This document shows, piece by piece, positions 9,991-18,255 of a stretch of 64,000 nt of DNA. Origin of the DNA: an uncultured Phycisphaerales bacterium (GTDB taxonomy: Bacteria > Planctomycetota > Phycisphaerae > Tepidisphaerales > Tepidisphaeraceae); contig CAVWLP010000002.1 in NCBI GenBank assembly GCA_963755915.1, forward strand, positions 1,440,001 to 1,504,000. The letters are read 5' to 3'. Under the pieces are notes generated by a model. That model saw nothing but the letters and a program-made list of their open reading frames with translations. It ran no database searches and was not told where the DNA came from. Every line of letters begins with the position of its first letter. Positions within the stretch are counted from its first letter, which is position 1. The translations under genes and the position numbers were made by a program.

Positions 9991-10341
9991 CTATCGCGCT
10001 CGCCTGAAAGCCCAAAACATTCGATCCACCGCTTCGCTGTTTTCGCGATTCAGGCGGTCTTCAGGCTGTTGGGAGAATTGCACGTCGCGGCGCCAGTCAT
10101 CGAATTCCCCTCGCCGTCCGTCCGCGCACACCACGCTGTCCAGGTGCCGCGAGCGCGTCTTATCGGTGAATATCACCAATTTCCAGCCCTCAACCAAAAA
10201 CTCAACGGTCTCATCCGTCCAATATTGGTACGGATTCTTGAGCTTCGGAACCGACCGGCCGGTTGCCACGTTACGCAGAAGCCCCAGCGCTTCATCCGAC
10301 GTCACGGTCGTCAATTTCACTTTTTGGTTTGATATCGACAT
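9991..10341 (-). CDS. Hypothetical protein
   Basis: ORF with GAAAGGA upstream of ATG 10341; translationally coupled to upstream gene. Confidence 0.55.
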   Translation of the reverse strand: MSISNQKVKLTTVTSDEALGLLRNVATGRSVPKLKNPYQYWTDETVEFLVEGWKLVIFTDKTRSRHLDSVVCADGRRGEFDDWRRDVQFSQQPEDRLNRENSEAVDRMFWAFRRAR

Positions 10342-10682
10342 CAGCGTCCTTTCCGCGTCCACCAGATGACGATGCCCGCGCCGATCGCCGCGCCGAGGAG
10401 CACCGCGGTTTTGGGATGGTCGCGCACGCTGCGCTCGAAACTCTTCTCCACCGAGCGAGCCTTGGCGCGGGTGCGGTTGAAGGAATGGCGCGCGTATTGC
10501 CCAACGTCTTCCAAACTGTTCCGCACAGCTCCGGCCGCCTGCCCGGCCGCTTCGTGCACCGCGTGAGCCGTGCTTCGAACGCTTCCGCCCACACTTTGGG
10601 CTGCAGATCGGATGCCGTCCGCGACACTGTCCACGACATCTGCCGTTTGGTGCGCGATTGTTTGATCGTCATCTGGTTTCAT
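10341..10682 (-). CDS. ElaB/YqjD/DUF883-like tail-anchored stress protein
   Basis: Ala-rich helix ending VRDHPKTAVLLGAAIGAGIVIWW. Confidence 0.65.
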   Translation of the reverse strand: MKPDDDQTIAHQTADVVDSVADGIRSAAQSVGGSVRSTAHAVHEAAGQAAGAVRNSLEDVGQYARHSFNRTRAKARSVEKSFERSVRDHPKTAVLLGAAIGAGIVIWWTRKGR

Positions 10683-10862
10683 GATTCATTCCAAAAAAAA
10701 GCAAACTGGTTTACCGTGCAGCGACCTGCGACCGCGCCACAGTGTGCCGATGTTCTGGTGTTCGCATATCTCCTCCGGAAGACACGTCGCGGAATACCAA
10801 CAGCAATCCCGACACCAACCCACACCCGGCACAAAGGGCACGTTCGCTAAAAATAAAGGGCG

Positions 10863-11081
10863 TTAGGCGTTTTTCGCACCCGCGCCGAATACGACCATGA
10901 GCAGCCCGACCAGTCCGGCCGCGCCGCCGCCGAAGATGTACCACGCCGTCGCCTGGGTAAATTTCCCGGTGAACGTATTGCTGATCTGGTCCGCCGCCGA
11001 GTGGGACGCGTTCATCCCGACGATCAGCAAGGCGATTCCCGCCACCAGCAGGACGATTCCGAAAACACGTTGCATACTCAT
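10863..11081 (-). CDS. DUF3185 family small membrane protein
   Basis: GIVLLVAGIALLIVG..SHSAADQISNTFTG..TAWYIFGG pattern; GGAGG RBS. Confidence 0.8.
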   Translation of the reverse strand: MSMQRVFGIVLLVAGIALLIVGMNASHSAADQISNTFTGKFTQATAWYIFGGGAAGLVGLLMVVFGAGAKNA

Positions 11082-11128
11082 AACTGCCTCCAATTTCTAA
11101 AAAAGAGTTCCAAATTTCGTGGACGGTC

Positions 11129-11410
11129 TCACGTTGTATCTGCTACCGCCAGCGATAAATGCAATTCCGGACCGTCGCCGGCGCGTTGATCGGCGCTTAT
11201 GAGCAGGCTTCGTGGAAATGCGAATCGCTCCCACGAACAACTGTTGCATTTTTCGCAACGCTCCCCCCGCGGAATTCGTGCAGCCATCGGCTCAAAGCCG
11301 CATGCCCGGCACTGCAACCGATAGGGAAAGACCGCGCTTCGCCATCCGTCCGAGACCGGTAATTCCGGCCCCTGTTCATCTGATCCAAATGGCTCCATCG
11401 CAATCGACAT
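11129..11410 (-). CDS. Small Zn-ribbon hypothetical protein
   Basis: GGAGGT RBS; CRAC...CEKC. Confidence 0.5.
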   Translation of the reverse strand: MSIAMEPFGSDEQGPELPVSDGWRSAVFPYRLQCRACGFEPMAARIPRGERCEKCNSCSWERFAFPRSLLISADQRAGDGPELHLSLAVADTT

Positions 11411-11438
11411 AGGGACCTCCATTCCCCCAGGGGGTAAC

Positions 11439-11642
11439 TCAGTGGGCGACCGATGGCGCCGTGCTGTGCATTCGCTGCCATACTTCCCAGCGGTTGATGT
11501 GAATGCCGGCAGTTGCCTCAAAGCCCAGGCGCACCGTTGTCTTCTTAATCTCAATCACGGTGACTTTGAGCGCCGACTCAATGGGGCCGATGGGATCTCC
11601 CACGACGACCGATTCGCTGTTCCTTCTCGATAGAACCAACAT
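11439..11642 (-). CDS. csrA: Carbon storage regulator CsrA/RsmA-family RNA-binding protein
   Basis: MLVLSRR.SESVVVGD..VTVIEI..VRLGFEA..INRWEV; AAGGAG RBS. Confidence 0.85.
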   Translation of the reverse strand: MLVLSRRNSESVVVGDPIGPIESALKVTVIEIKKTTVRLGFEATAGIHINRWEVWQRMHSTAPSVAH

Positions 11643-11737
11643 GACGATACTCCTTTTCTTCGGCCGATCGCTCGGCTTAACGGAAGATGGCTCGAAGCGT
11701 CAGCAACGTCGCGGTAAGAAGCCCGGCCGGCCGGCCG

Positions 11738-11960
11738 CTACGACGGGCTGTCTTGCGCGGACACAAAATAAACCCGGTGCTGCGCGCCTTGCACGAGCGT
11801 GTCCGAGACAACGCGGCCGTTGATTGTGACCGTGTTGGTCTTCGGATCCACGGTAACCGCTTCATTCGCTCGCAGCGGACCGGAATAATCGATGCGATCG
11901 TTTGTCACGTCATACACCCAGATCCTGCCATACGTCGGCGCGGCTCCTTGATAAATGAAA
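11738..11960 (-). CDS. Hypothetical small beta-rich protein (start unclear)
   Basis: Protein-like open frame between leader copy A and csrA; no clear in-frame ATG after the terminator. Confidence 0.35.
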
Positions 11961-11991
11961 CACTCAGTCCGTTGTTCAAAACGATGCTCTG

Positions 11992-12110
11992 AAAAACAAA
12001 AAAACCGACGCAATCCGAATCCCGGAGTTTCGGGATCCAATTGCGTCGGCTTACTTGTTAACGGGTCTTCCAGCTTTTGGCAGGAATACCCTTCATTGAG
12101 TCATCCGAAG
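11992..12110 (-). ncRNA. Putative cis-regulatory attenuator RNA, copy A
   Basis: UCGGAUGACU..variable hairpin..AGUAAGCCGACGCAAU..AUCCCG/CGGGAU..AUUGCGUCGG-U-tract; homologous to 12742 and 14482 copies. Confidence 0.75.
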
Positions 12111-12225
12111 ATATCGCGCTCCGAAGTGAGGCGACGTTTTTTAGGAATCACTAACAAAATCATCATACGCCTGCAAAATCGCATAGCAAGAAGATTCCCG
12201 TTTATTCGCTATACTATTCTTCTAA

Positions 12226-12603
12226 ATGCAGACTCAAGGCGAAATTGAGAGCGCTATTTCCAGGGGCATGGTGCAGTTCGAGCAGGAATACCTGGGCCGC
12301 GGCCCCAAAGACGTTCGCGTTCACTTGATCGATGAGCTGGTAGTCGTGCGGCTCAAGGGGGTTCTGACCGCCGCCGAGCAGCACCTGGTCAAGACCCTGC
12401 CCGCCGAAAAGGGCCGCGATTTGCTCAAGCAAGTGCGCACCCACCTCATTGAAACCGCCCGGCCGATGATGGAGGCCATGGTGCAGGAAATCACCGGCGT
12501 CAAGGTACTAAGCCTCCATCACGACATCAGCACAGTGACCGGAGAAGAGGTTGTACTCTTCACGCTTGCCGAATCACCTCTGTTCCGCGATAAAAAAAAA
12601 TAG
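12226..12603 (+). CDS. DUF2294 / MpsC-family protein
   Basis: FEQEYLGRGP..V..LKGVLTAAEQHL..GRDLLKQVR..GVKVLSLHHDISTVTGEEVVLFTL. Confidence 0.9.
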   Translation: MQTQGEIESAISRGMVQFEQEYLGRGPKDVRVHLIDELVVVRLKGVLTAAEQHLVKTLPAEKGRDLLKQVRTHLIETARPMMEAMVQEITGVKVLSLHHDISTVTGEEVVLFTLAESPLFRDKKK

Positions 12604-12741
12604 ATTCGTCGCGGATGGATCAGATGCGCGATTCAGAGCGAAATCCAAACATTTGTTCATTGCAATTACCAGGCCAGCGTCCTACGCTGTAGAGCGATGT
12701 AGGAGTAAATGCCCCCTCCATCATGCAGTGAATACAATTCC

Positions 12742-12850
12742 TCGGATGACTAAATAGCTGGCACCCCGCTCTCCCGGGGGGCCGGTTGCAGAGTATGCCG
12801 ACGTGATTGAATCCCGTATCTCGGGATTGGATTACGTCGGTTTTTTTCTT
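12742..12850 (+). ncRNA. Putative cis-regulatory attenuator RNA, copy B
   Basis: TCGGATGACT 12742-51; AGTATGCCGA 12792-801; terminator CCGACGTGAT..ATTACGTCGG plus T-tract. Confidence 0.75.
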
Positions 12851-12887
12851 TGTGTAGTCGGATTCCGAATAGCCGAGAAAGGGCGAC

Positions 12888-13190
12888 ATGCTAAGCACAG
12901 ATGAACTAGCCAACGGCAAAACCTTCGTCCTGAAATTGAAGGACGCAAGCGGAACGTCGTTCCAATGGGTCCAGGTTCTGCGCGGCGCCATCGCCCGGCG
13001 ATGGTACGACATTTACCGGGCCTCCGATTGGGTTGCCTTAAGGCTCGAAGCCGCCGCCGTCTTTCTCAAACCTGTAACCGAGGCCCAGGCCGATCGAAAC
13101 TGCAAGACCGGCCAGTGCATCGTGATCAAAACCGAAGCCGTAAAGGAAAACGAATTGGTGCGCCCACCTGAAAATCTGAAAACGCAATAA
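12888..13190 (+). CDS. Hypothetical protein
   Basis: 100-aa ORF with GAAAGGG upstream, directly after leader copy B. Confidence 0.55.
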   Translation: MLSTDELANGKTFVLKLKDASGTSFQWVQVLRGAIARRWYDIYRASDWVALRLEAAAVFLKPVTEAQADRNCKTGQCIVIKTEAVKENELVRPPENLKTQ

Positions 13191-13234
13191 GTTTCGCAGA
13201 TCTTCCGGTTGTTCAGCCACCAGAAAGTAAAAGG

Positions 13235-13648
13235 ATGGACCATTCCACTGATCGATCGATGGCAGAGCAAATCGCCGAGGCGGCGACCGCCTTCCAGCAG
13301 GAACGGACCGGCCACCCCCCCAAATCCGTCAGCGTCGTCCTCAGTGGAGACACCCTCGTTGTCACGCTGCACGGCGCACTTTCCCCCGCTGAGCAGGCAC
13401 TGGCACTCAGCTCCGAAGGCGCGGCCAAGGTGCGCGAGTTTCACCAACAGTTGTTTCTGAATGCTTCCGACACCCTCCGCCAGGAGATCACCCGCATTAC
13501 CGGAATGGATGTGCGCGAGGCCACCGCAGAAGTGGAGCCCACGTCCGGATCCGTCGTCCACGTCTTCACCAGCGGCACGATGGTGCAGGTGTTTCAGCTC
13601 GCCGGCAATGTGCCGACTGGAAGTTTCAACACCACAACCAAGACATGA
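13235..13648 (+). CDS. DUF2294 / MpsC-family protein (divergent paralog)
   Basis: FQQERTGHPPKSVSVVL..LVVTLHGALSPAEQAL..VREFHQQLF..ITGMDV. Confidence 0.8.
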   Translation: MDHSTDRSMAEQIAEAATAFQQERTGHPPKSVSVVLSGDTLVVTLHGALSPAEQALALSSEGAAKVREFHQQLFLNASDTLRQEITRITGMDVREATAEVEPTSGSVVHVFTSGTMVQVFQLAGNVPTGSFNTTTKT

Positions 13649-13682
13649 AAAGCATCACCTCACTTTCGTCACGGAGACAGCG

Positions 13683-13877
13683 ATGATTCGATTCCTTGGC
13701 AGTCTCGTTGTGCTCTTCGCGATCGTCGCCGGCATCGGATATTACCGCGGCTGGTTCCATTCGGAATCAATAGGTACTCCTGGCCACGATGCCGTCACCG
13801 TCACAGTGGACAAAGACAAGATCAGCCAGGACAAGGCCAGCGCGGAGCAACAGGTTCAGGATCTGACGCACAAATAA
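13683..13877 (+). CDS. Small membrane-anchored hypothetical protein
   Basis: GGAGA RBS; TM helix then GYYRGWF..TVDKDKI. Confidence 0.65.
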   Translation: MIRFLGSLVVLFAIVAGIGYYRGWFHSESIGTPGHDAVTVTVDKDKISQDKASAEQQVQDLTHK

Positions 13878-13915
13878 TCAAAAGCATTTCGGTCGTGTGC
13901 TTTTCGTCGGAGATA

Positions 13916-14194
13916 ATGATCAACATGGTTGAAACGATTCGCGACACAGGACTGCATTTCACCGAATTCGGTTATGCGCTGATAGCGCTAAGCGAGGAGA
14001 CCGCAACAGCGATTGAAATATCCATGAAGCAGCAGGGGTTCGACTGCGAAGCCTTTGAACGGGAAGGTGCGATTACCCGCGCTAATGACGCCGTTCCCAA
14101 ACAGTGGTGCGTACGCTTTTCAAAAGCGACCGATTTGCAATCCGCCCAGGACGCCATCGATTGCTGGAACAGATCACTTACCCCCGGCGCGTAG
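13916..14194 (+). CDS. Hypothetical protein
   Basis: GGAGA upstream of ATG; ~92 aa. Confidence 0.45.
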   Translation: MINMVETIRDTGLHFTEFGYALIALSEETATAIEISMKQQGFDCEAFEREGAITRANDAVPKQWCVRFSKATDLQSAQDAIDCWNRSLTPGA

Positions 14195-14217
14195 GTCCAC
14201 AAATCCCGGCCCCATAT

Positions 14218-14442
14218 TCAGACACGCCCCGTTTGAACCATTCCCGCCGGCACACTGCCATTCGACAATTCGTCGACCTTCGCCTTCGCATCCGATATGG
14301 AGTCTGCGAACCCGTAACTTCGATCCATGCCGGATTCCCTTCGCGTGATATACCACCGGGAATCCGCGGCATTCGGCTGGTGAAGCTGGGTCAAAACAAA
14401 ACCTCGATATGATGTCCGCTTGATAATGTCTTCGATTTCCAT
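14218..14442 (-). CDS. Hypothetical protein
   Basis: GAAAGG RBS; first gene after leader copy C. Confidence 0.5.
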   Translation of the reverse strand: MEIEDIIKRTSYRGFVLTQLHQPNAADSRWYITRRESGMDRSYGFADSISDAKAKVDELSNGSVPAGMVQTGRV

Positions 14443-14481
14443 GTGACCTTTCCTTCATCCGATCACGGACGACGCTCGAAT

Positions 14482-14595
14482 AAAAAAAAGCCGACGCGAC
14501 CAAATCCCGAGGCGTCGGGATTCAATTGCGTCGGCTTACTCGCTGACGGGTCCTCCGGCTGTTCGCCGAATTACCCGTCATTTAGTCATCCGAAG
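14482..14595 (-). ncRNA. Putative cis-regulatory attenuator RNA, copy C
   Basis: UCGGAUGACU..UGACGGGU/ACCCGUCA..AGUAAGCCGACGC..GCGUCGGC-U8; GATAAT -10-like box just upstream. Confidence 0.75.
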
Positions 14596-15125
14596 ACTTC
14601 AATATTATCCTGCAAGAGCGGAACTCTTGCCGCTTTAACAACAAATCACCCTACGTTTATCAGCCCGTTAATCAAGACAATTCCCGCAATAATTGACCTT
14701 GGACCGTTTGGGGTGGTTTTTTCAGGGCTGGATTGCCATCTTCAGATTCCCCATTGCTGAAATCGGTTGCCGTCAGGGTAGCGGCGCGAAATCTGCTTGG
14801 CTCACAATCGCAGCTCACGCAAAATGTCAATTGGCCAATATCTATGCGTCAGAAACCGATCGATCACCAATTGCTCTGTGCGGTTACCTCCCCAAATCTG
14901 GCACTGCATTTTTCCCCTTCAGTCTACTAAATTTGCTCCCTCCTAAGGATCGACCCGCGACCAACTTAAGCCTGCCAGTCCTCGATCAACGCTCATAGCT
15001 TTGGGAGTGCACACATGCTCATTCAAAGCAGGCGACCGTGCCGAAATCGTCTCCTCGGAGCACCTGAAGAAACACCAGTAGCCGAATAGCCGTATTTTTT
15101 CGAACGTGCGAAGGGATACCGCATC

Positions 15126-15359
15126 ATGGAAAGCACTAAATCCGCGGCAAGTGACAATCAACACGAGCCCCATCCCGGACCGACCAGAGCCGCGTCAGGC
15201 GCAGAAACCGATGTTGCCCCGGCCCAGCGAATCCCTCCACCGCAGCCGCCATCCGCTTCCGCGCCGCTTAACGGTCCGCCCAAGCCCGACGCACCCCCGC
15301 AACCCACCCCCACTCCGCGCCGGCCAACCCGGCGAAAATGGTTCCTTTTGGCCCTGCTT
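15126..15359 (+). pseudogene. 5' fragment of HlyD/EmrA-family membrane fusion protein, split by IS21
   Basis: ..RRKWFLLALL joins in frame with IVVLALAAYFF at 18268 once the IS and one target copy are removed. Confidence 0.85.
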
Positions 15360-15481
15360 TGTCACGGGGCGCGCCAAAACCAGCCAGGGCGGGGCGCTTC
15401 AAAACCGGCCAATGTGCTGACGTATTCTATACCGCATCCGTTCTATCCGACGCAACTGTTCCTTGAGTTATTGGTCCCCGT

Positions 15482-16372
15482 TCACGCCGTCTGGCCGGCG
15501 GATACCCCCACATCAGAAGACAACGGCGGCTCTGTCACGGTGTCTTCCGGGGGGGAGCACCCTTCATCGCCGGCGGTACTCCGCCGTCCTTTTGGATTTG
15601 TCTTTTCCGGTGTCCCGGATTGGCCTGCCGTGAGCGAAGTCGAATGGCCCCCATGCCGAAGGCGGTAGCTCTTGCCGGTGATGTTGATGATCGTGGCGTG
15701 CTGCAGGAACCGATCCAGAATGGCCGTGGCCGCCGGCACGTCGCCGATCAGCTTGGCCCAGTCCTCCAGTGGACGGTTGCTGGTCATCATCGTCGAGCGG
15801 TTCTCGTGCCGGCGCATGACGATCTCCAGCAGGCATTCGCCGCTGCGCCGCGGAAGCTGCTTCATTCCCATGTCGTCGATGATAAGCAGATCAGGCTTGA
15901 GATACCGGGCCAGCGTCTTGTCCTGGGCTCCCAGATCCTCGTCGCCTAAAAAGTCGCGGGCCAGGTCGAAGATGGATCGGTACAGGACCACCAAGCCGCT
16001 CTTGATCGCCTGGTGTCCGATGGCCTGGGCCAAAAACGATTTGCCCACGCCGGGCGGACCCAGCAAGAGCACGTCACGTTTGTCACGAATGAACTGGCCG
16101 GCGGCCAGATCGTGAATCTGTTTGCGTTTGATGGAGGTGTTGAAGGAGAAGTCGAACTCGTCGAGGTTTTTGGTGTCGCGGAACATCGCCGCCTTGACGC
16201 GCCGGCCGATCTGCCGGCTGGATCGGACGTTCAGTTCATCCTGAAGGATCAGTTCCAAAAACTCACTGTGGTCGAGCCGATTGCCGGCCGCCTCGCTCAG
16301 GCGAACTTCAAGGCTGCTCGCCAGACCTGAAAGCCGAAGTTGCTTGAGCGTCTGCATCAACGAAGGTCTCAT
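15482..16372 (-). CDS. istB: IS21 helper ATPase IstB
   Basis: LDEFDFSFN, GPPGVGKS, LLIIDDMG and AILDRFL motifs. Confidence 0.95.
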   Translation of the reverse strand: MRPSLMQTLKQLRLSGLASSLEVRLSEAAGNRLDHSEFLELILQDELNVRSSRQIGRRVKAAMFRDTKNLDEFDFSFNTSIKRKQIHDLAAGQFIRDKRDVLLLGPPGVGKSFLAQAIGHQAIKSGLVVLYRSIFDLARDFLGDEDLGAQDKTLARYLKPDLLIIDDMGMKQLPRRSGECLLEIVMRRHENRSTMMTSNRPLEDWAKLIGDVPAATAILDRFLQHATIINITGKSYRLRHGGHSTSLTAGQSGTPEKTNPKGRRSTAGDEGCSPPEDTVTEPPLSSDVGVSAGQTA

Positions 16373-18144
16373 GGGGTGGACTCCCTTCGGCTCTGCTCAG
16401 GGCAGGCCTGTAAAGGTTGTGCGGCAGGCAAAGCCTCCGCTTGGGTGATTGCGTCGCGTACGAACTGTCCGTAATCGGCCAGTCCGCGGATGATTGGATG
16501 TTCCTGAACAAACTCGAAGTGTTGTTGAACCGGTGCGCCGTTTTGGTGTTCGATGAGCTGCCGCAGGGAGGCGCAGGTGATACGCGCCATGCCCCAGAGC
16601 AATCTCGCAGGCTCGTTCCACGGCCGGTCGCGGCTGCTGATTGGCCAGCGACAGCAGCCCCATCAACACGCGCACGCCTTCGATGCCGCGATGCTGAAGC
16701 ATTGACTGCGCCCACTGCGTGGCGTGCGGCCCGATGCATTCGATCCGCTGGAGAAGCCAGGTCGTTCCACGCTCGATGCCGCTGATCTTCTCCGGCAGGA
16801 TATGGGCGTCTTGCGTCGAGAACCTGCCCGGCGGACGCTGCGCGTGCAGAGCGATCGCACGCATCTTCTGATCGAACAGCCGGACCGTGCGCCGTCCCAC
16901 CGCGCCCAGACCCGCTGGCCCAAAAACTCCGGCGGGACCGAATAGTACGCCCCCTTGATCTCCACGTGCCCGTCGCGGTGAACACTGCGCAACGCCTCGG
17001 TGAAAAGATCGAATCGCACCGGCGGCAGAGCCAACAGTGCCGGCTTCTCTACCTGCTCGAAGACTTCCTTCACCTGCCGCCGCGTCGTGCCGTGGATGCG
17101 CGTGTCGGCCACGCTCTTCTCCCACGTCAGCAGATGCGCGTTCTGATCCGAGAGCGAGGCGAATTGCCGGCCTTTGAGAGCATTGCTCTTCACATAGCCG
17201 ATGCCCCGCTCGATCTTCCCCTTGTGCCGCGGCGTGTACGGCTTGGTGGGCAGAATGGCGATTCCATAATGTTCGGCGAACGACCGGACCTTGGGACACA
17301 ACTCCGCCTCGAACCAGTCCGCCCGCGTCACCGCCGCGCGAAGATTGTCGATCACCAGCGCCGACGGCATCCCGCCGAAGTGCGTAAAGGCATTTTCCAG
17401 ACAACGCAGAAAATCATCGGTCGTCTGCCGCTCCACCGCCTCGGCGTACCCCTTGCGGCTGTGGCTCAGCACAATGCGGAAGACCCAGGTTGCTTTGCGT
17501 TTGCCGTCAGGACCGACCAGGGCGCACCCCGGCCGAAGTCCACCTGCGCCTCGGCTCCCGGCTCGCATTCCATCCGGCGAAAGGGCGCCGGCGCGGCAGC
17601 CGAGAGCTTCTTGATGAACCGGCGCACGCTGTAATAGCTGCCGGCATAGCCGTGATCGCTGGAGATGTCTTGATAAATCCGCTGGGCCGTCAGCCCGGCT
17701 TCCAACTTCTGAACAATGACCTCACGCCAGGGCGATGCCGTACTGACCGACCCGATGGTGCGCCGGATAACCCGGTGGCGCGCTTTCCGAGCCGCCTGCG
17801 GCGAGCACCGTCGAGCCGCCTGCGGCGAGCACCGTCGAGCCGCCTGCGGCGAGCACCGTCGAGCCGCCTGCGGCGAGCACCGTCGAGCCGCCTGCGGCGA
17901 GCACCGTCGAGCCGCCTGCGGCGAGCACCGTCGAGCCGCCTGCGGCGAGCACCGTCGAGCCGAGGGGCGCGCTGGCCGGTTTTGAATCCGATCCGGCGCC
18001 GCAGGATCGCCGCCCGACAACCGGATGTGGCGTCCAACGGTCTCCCGGTGAACGCCGAGTTGGCGGGCGATGTTCCGATTGGACCAGCCGCTGCGCAAGT
18101 GCCAAAATTGCTTGTACTTCCGCCATCTTGAGTTGATTGGCCAT
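16369..18144 (-). CDS. istA: IS21 transposase IstA (several apparent frameshifts)
   Basis: HTH, EAQVDFG, IDNLRAAV, HKGKIERGIGY and RIHGTT motifs across frames; ATGA overlap with istB. Confidence 0.9.
17788..17955. repeat. Perfect tandem repeat, 7 x 24 bp, inside istA
   Basis: Unit CGAGCCGCCTGCGGCGAGCACCGT with no spacers. Confidence 0.95.
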
Positions 18145-18255
18145 CCCACCATTGGCTTGCGGCAACCGCCGAAAGCCAAGGTCGATAACCCAATCTCCTG
18201 TGCCTCAAAATGGCCGGTTTTGGTGCGCCCTCAATTGGCCGGTTTTGCGCGCCCC

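Noticed and set aside
17788-17955. Possible CRISPR array
   Set aside because: Units are head-to-tail with no spacers, lie inside istA, and no cas genes are present.
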